Assembly: GCA_046484865.1 (NCBI GenBank)
Contig: JAWOID010000116.1
Span: 12,420-76,419, forward strand
Reading direction: 5' to 3'
Length of the DNA stretch: 64,000 nt
Origin: Candidatus Krumholzibacteriia bacterium
GTDB lineage: Bacteria > Krumholzibacteriota > Krumholzibacteriia > LZORAL124-64-63
A program made the position numbers and the translations under genes. Shown piece by piece: positions 63,855-64,000 of the stretch (position 1 is the first letter of the stretch; every line of letters begins with the position of its first letter). The notes under the pieces were generated by a model. That model did not search any database and was not told the DNA's origin. It worked only from the letters and a program-made list of their open reading frames with translations.

Positions 63855-64000
63855 GGCGCCACGTCGATGACGTGGACCGCCGTGAAGAACCTGTTCTAGA
63901 GCGTTCCGGCCCTGCTGGACGGCGGCCCCGCTTCTCTCGAGGAAGCGGGGCCGCTCTCGTCTCCCGCGGCACCGGGACCTTTTCGCCCCACCACACCCAT

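Larger units (their letters stand above)
63673..64000. repeat. Long near-perfect inverted repeat (palindrome) centred at 63836/63837, running to the window end
   Basis: 63673-63818 is the reverse complement of 63855-64000 with 2 mismatches; imperfect pairing continues inward to an approximately 8-nt loop. Confidence 0.95.

Overview
A very GC-rich (roughly 70% or more by eye) bacterial chromosomal core region, transcribed almost entirely on the + strand. No integrase, transposase, phage gene or CRISPR array is visible. It contains murB, tonB-exbB-exbD, an envelope lipoprotein/beta-barrel/TPR trio, mnmA and an AsmA-like gene. Next is a tRNA cluster (all four Ser isoacceptors, Arg-ACG, Ala-CGC) with tadA and SRP RNA, interrupted by a SpoIVB/S55 peptidase and beta-propeller gene pair. 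Then come dnaX-ybaB-recR-mglB-mglA, pgpA-cinA-thpR-recA-recX, a small glycan locus (rmlD, gmhA, WcaJ-like, UbiA/DPPR-synthase-like, DUF362-like), ispE-spoVG-tRNA-Gln-prs-rplY-pth and rpsF-rpsR-DUF2232-rplI. These are followed by manC, a PpiC lipoprotein, DUF2914, DUF151, an LpoA-like gene, a second TonB, a two-domain amidase, selA, smc-ftsY, an MBL hydrolase, an FMN riboswitch with ribD-ribE-ribBA-ribH-nusB, and a methyltransferase. The FlgD-type C-terminal domain, spoVG, mglAB and diderm envelope genes suggest an FCB-related candidate lineage such as Krumholzibacteria or Latescibacteria (inference only). The most notable items are: (1) a membrane protein joining a degenerate BY-kinase/MinD-like domain to a periplasmic SPOR domain, between selA and smc; (2) a cyclic-nucleotide-binding domain fused to an LdhA-type D-lactate dehydrogenase; (3) a circularly permuted SpoIVB-type protease coupled to a secreted propeller protein; (4) a near-perfect palindrome of at least 328 bp at the window end, which may be a fold-back artefact; (5) repeated low-complexity insertions in housekeeping proteins. 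All family assignments come from motif recognition, not database searches.
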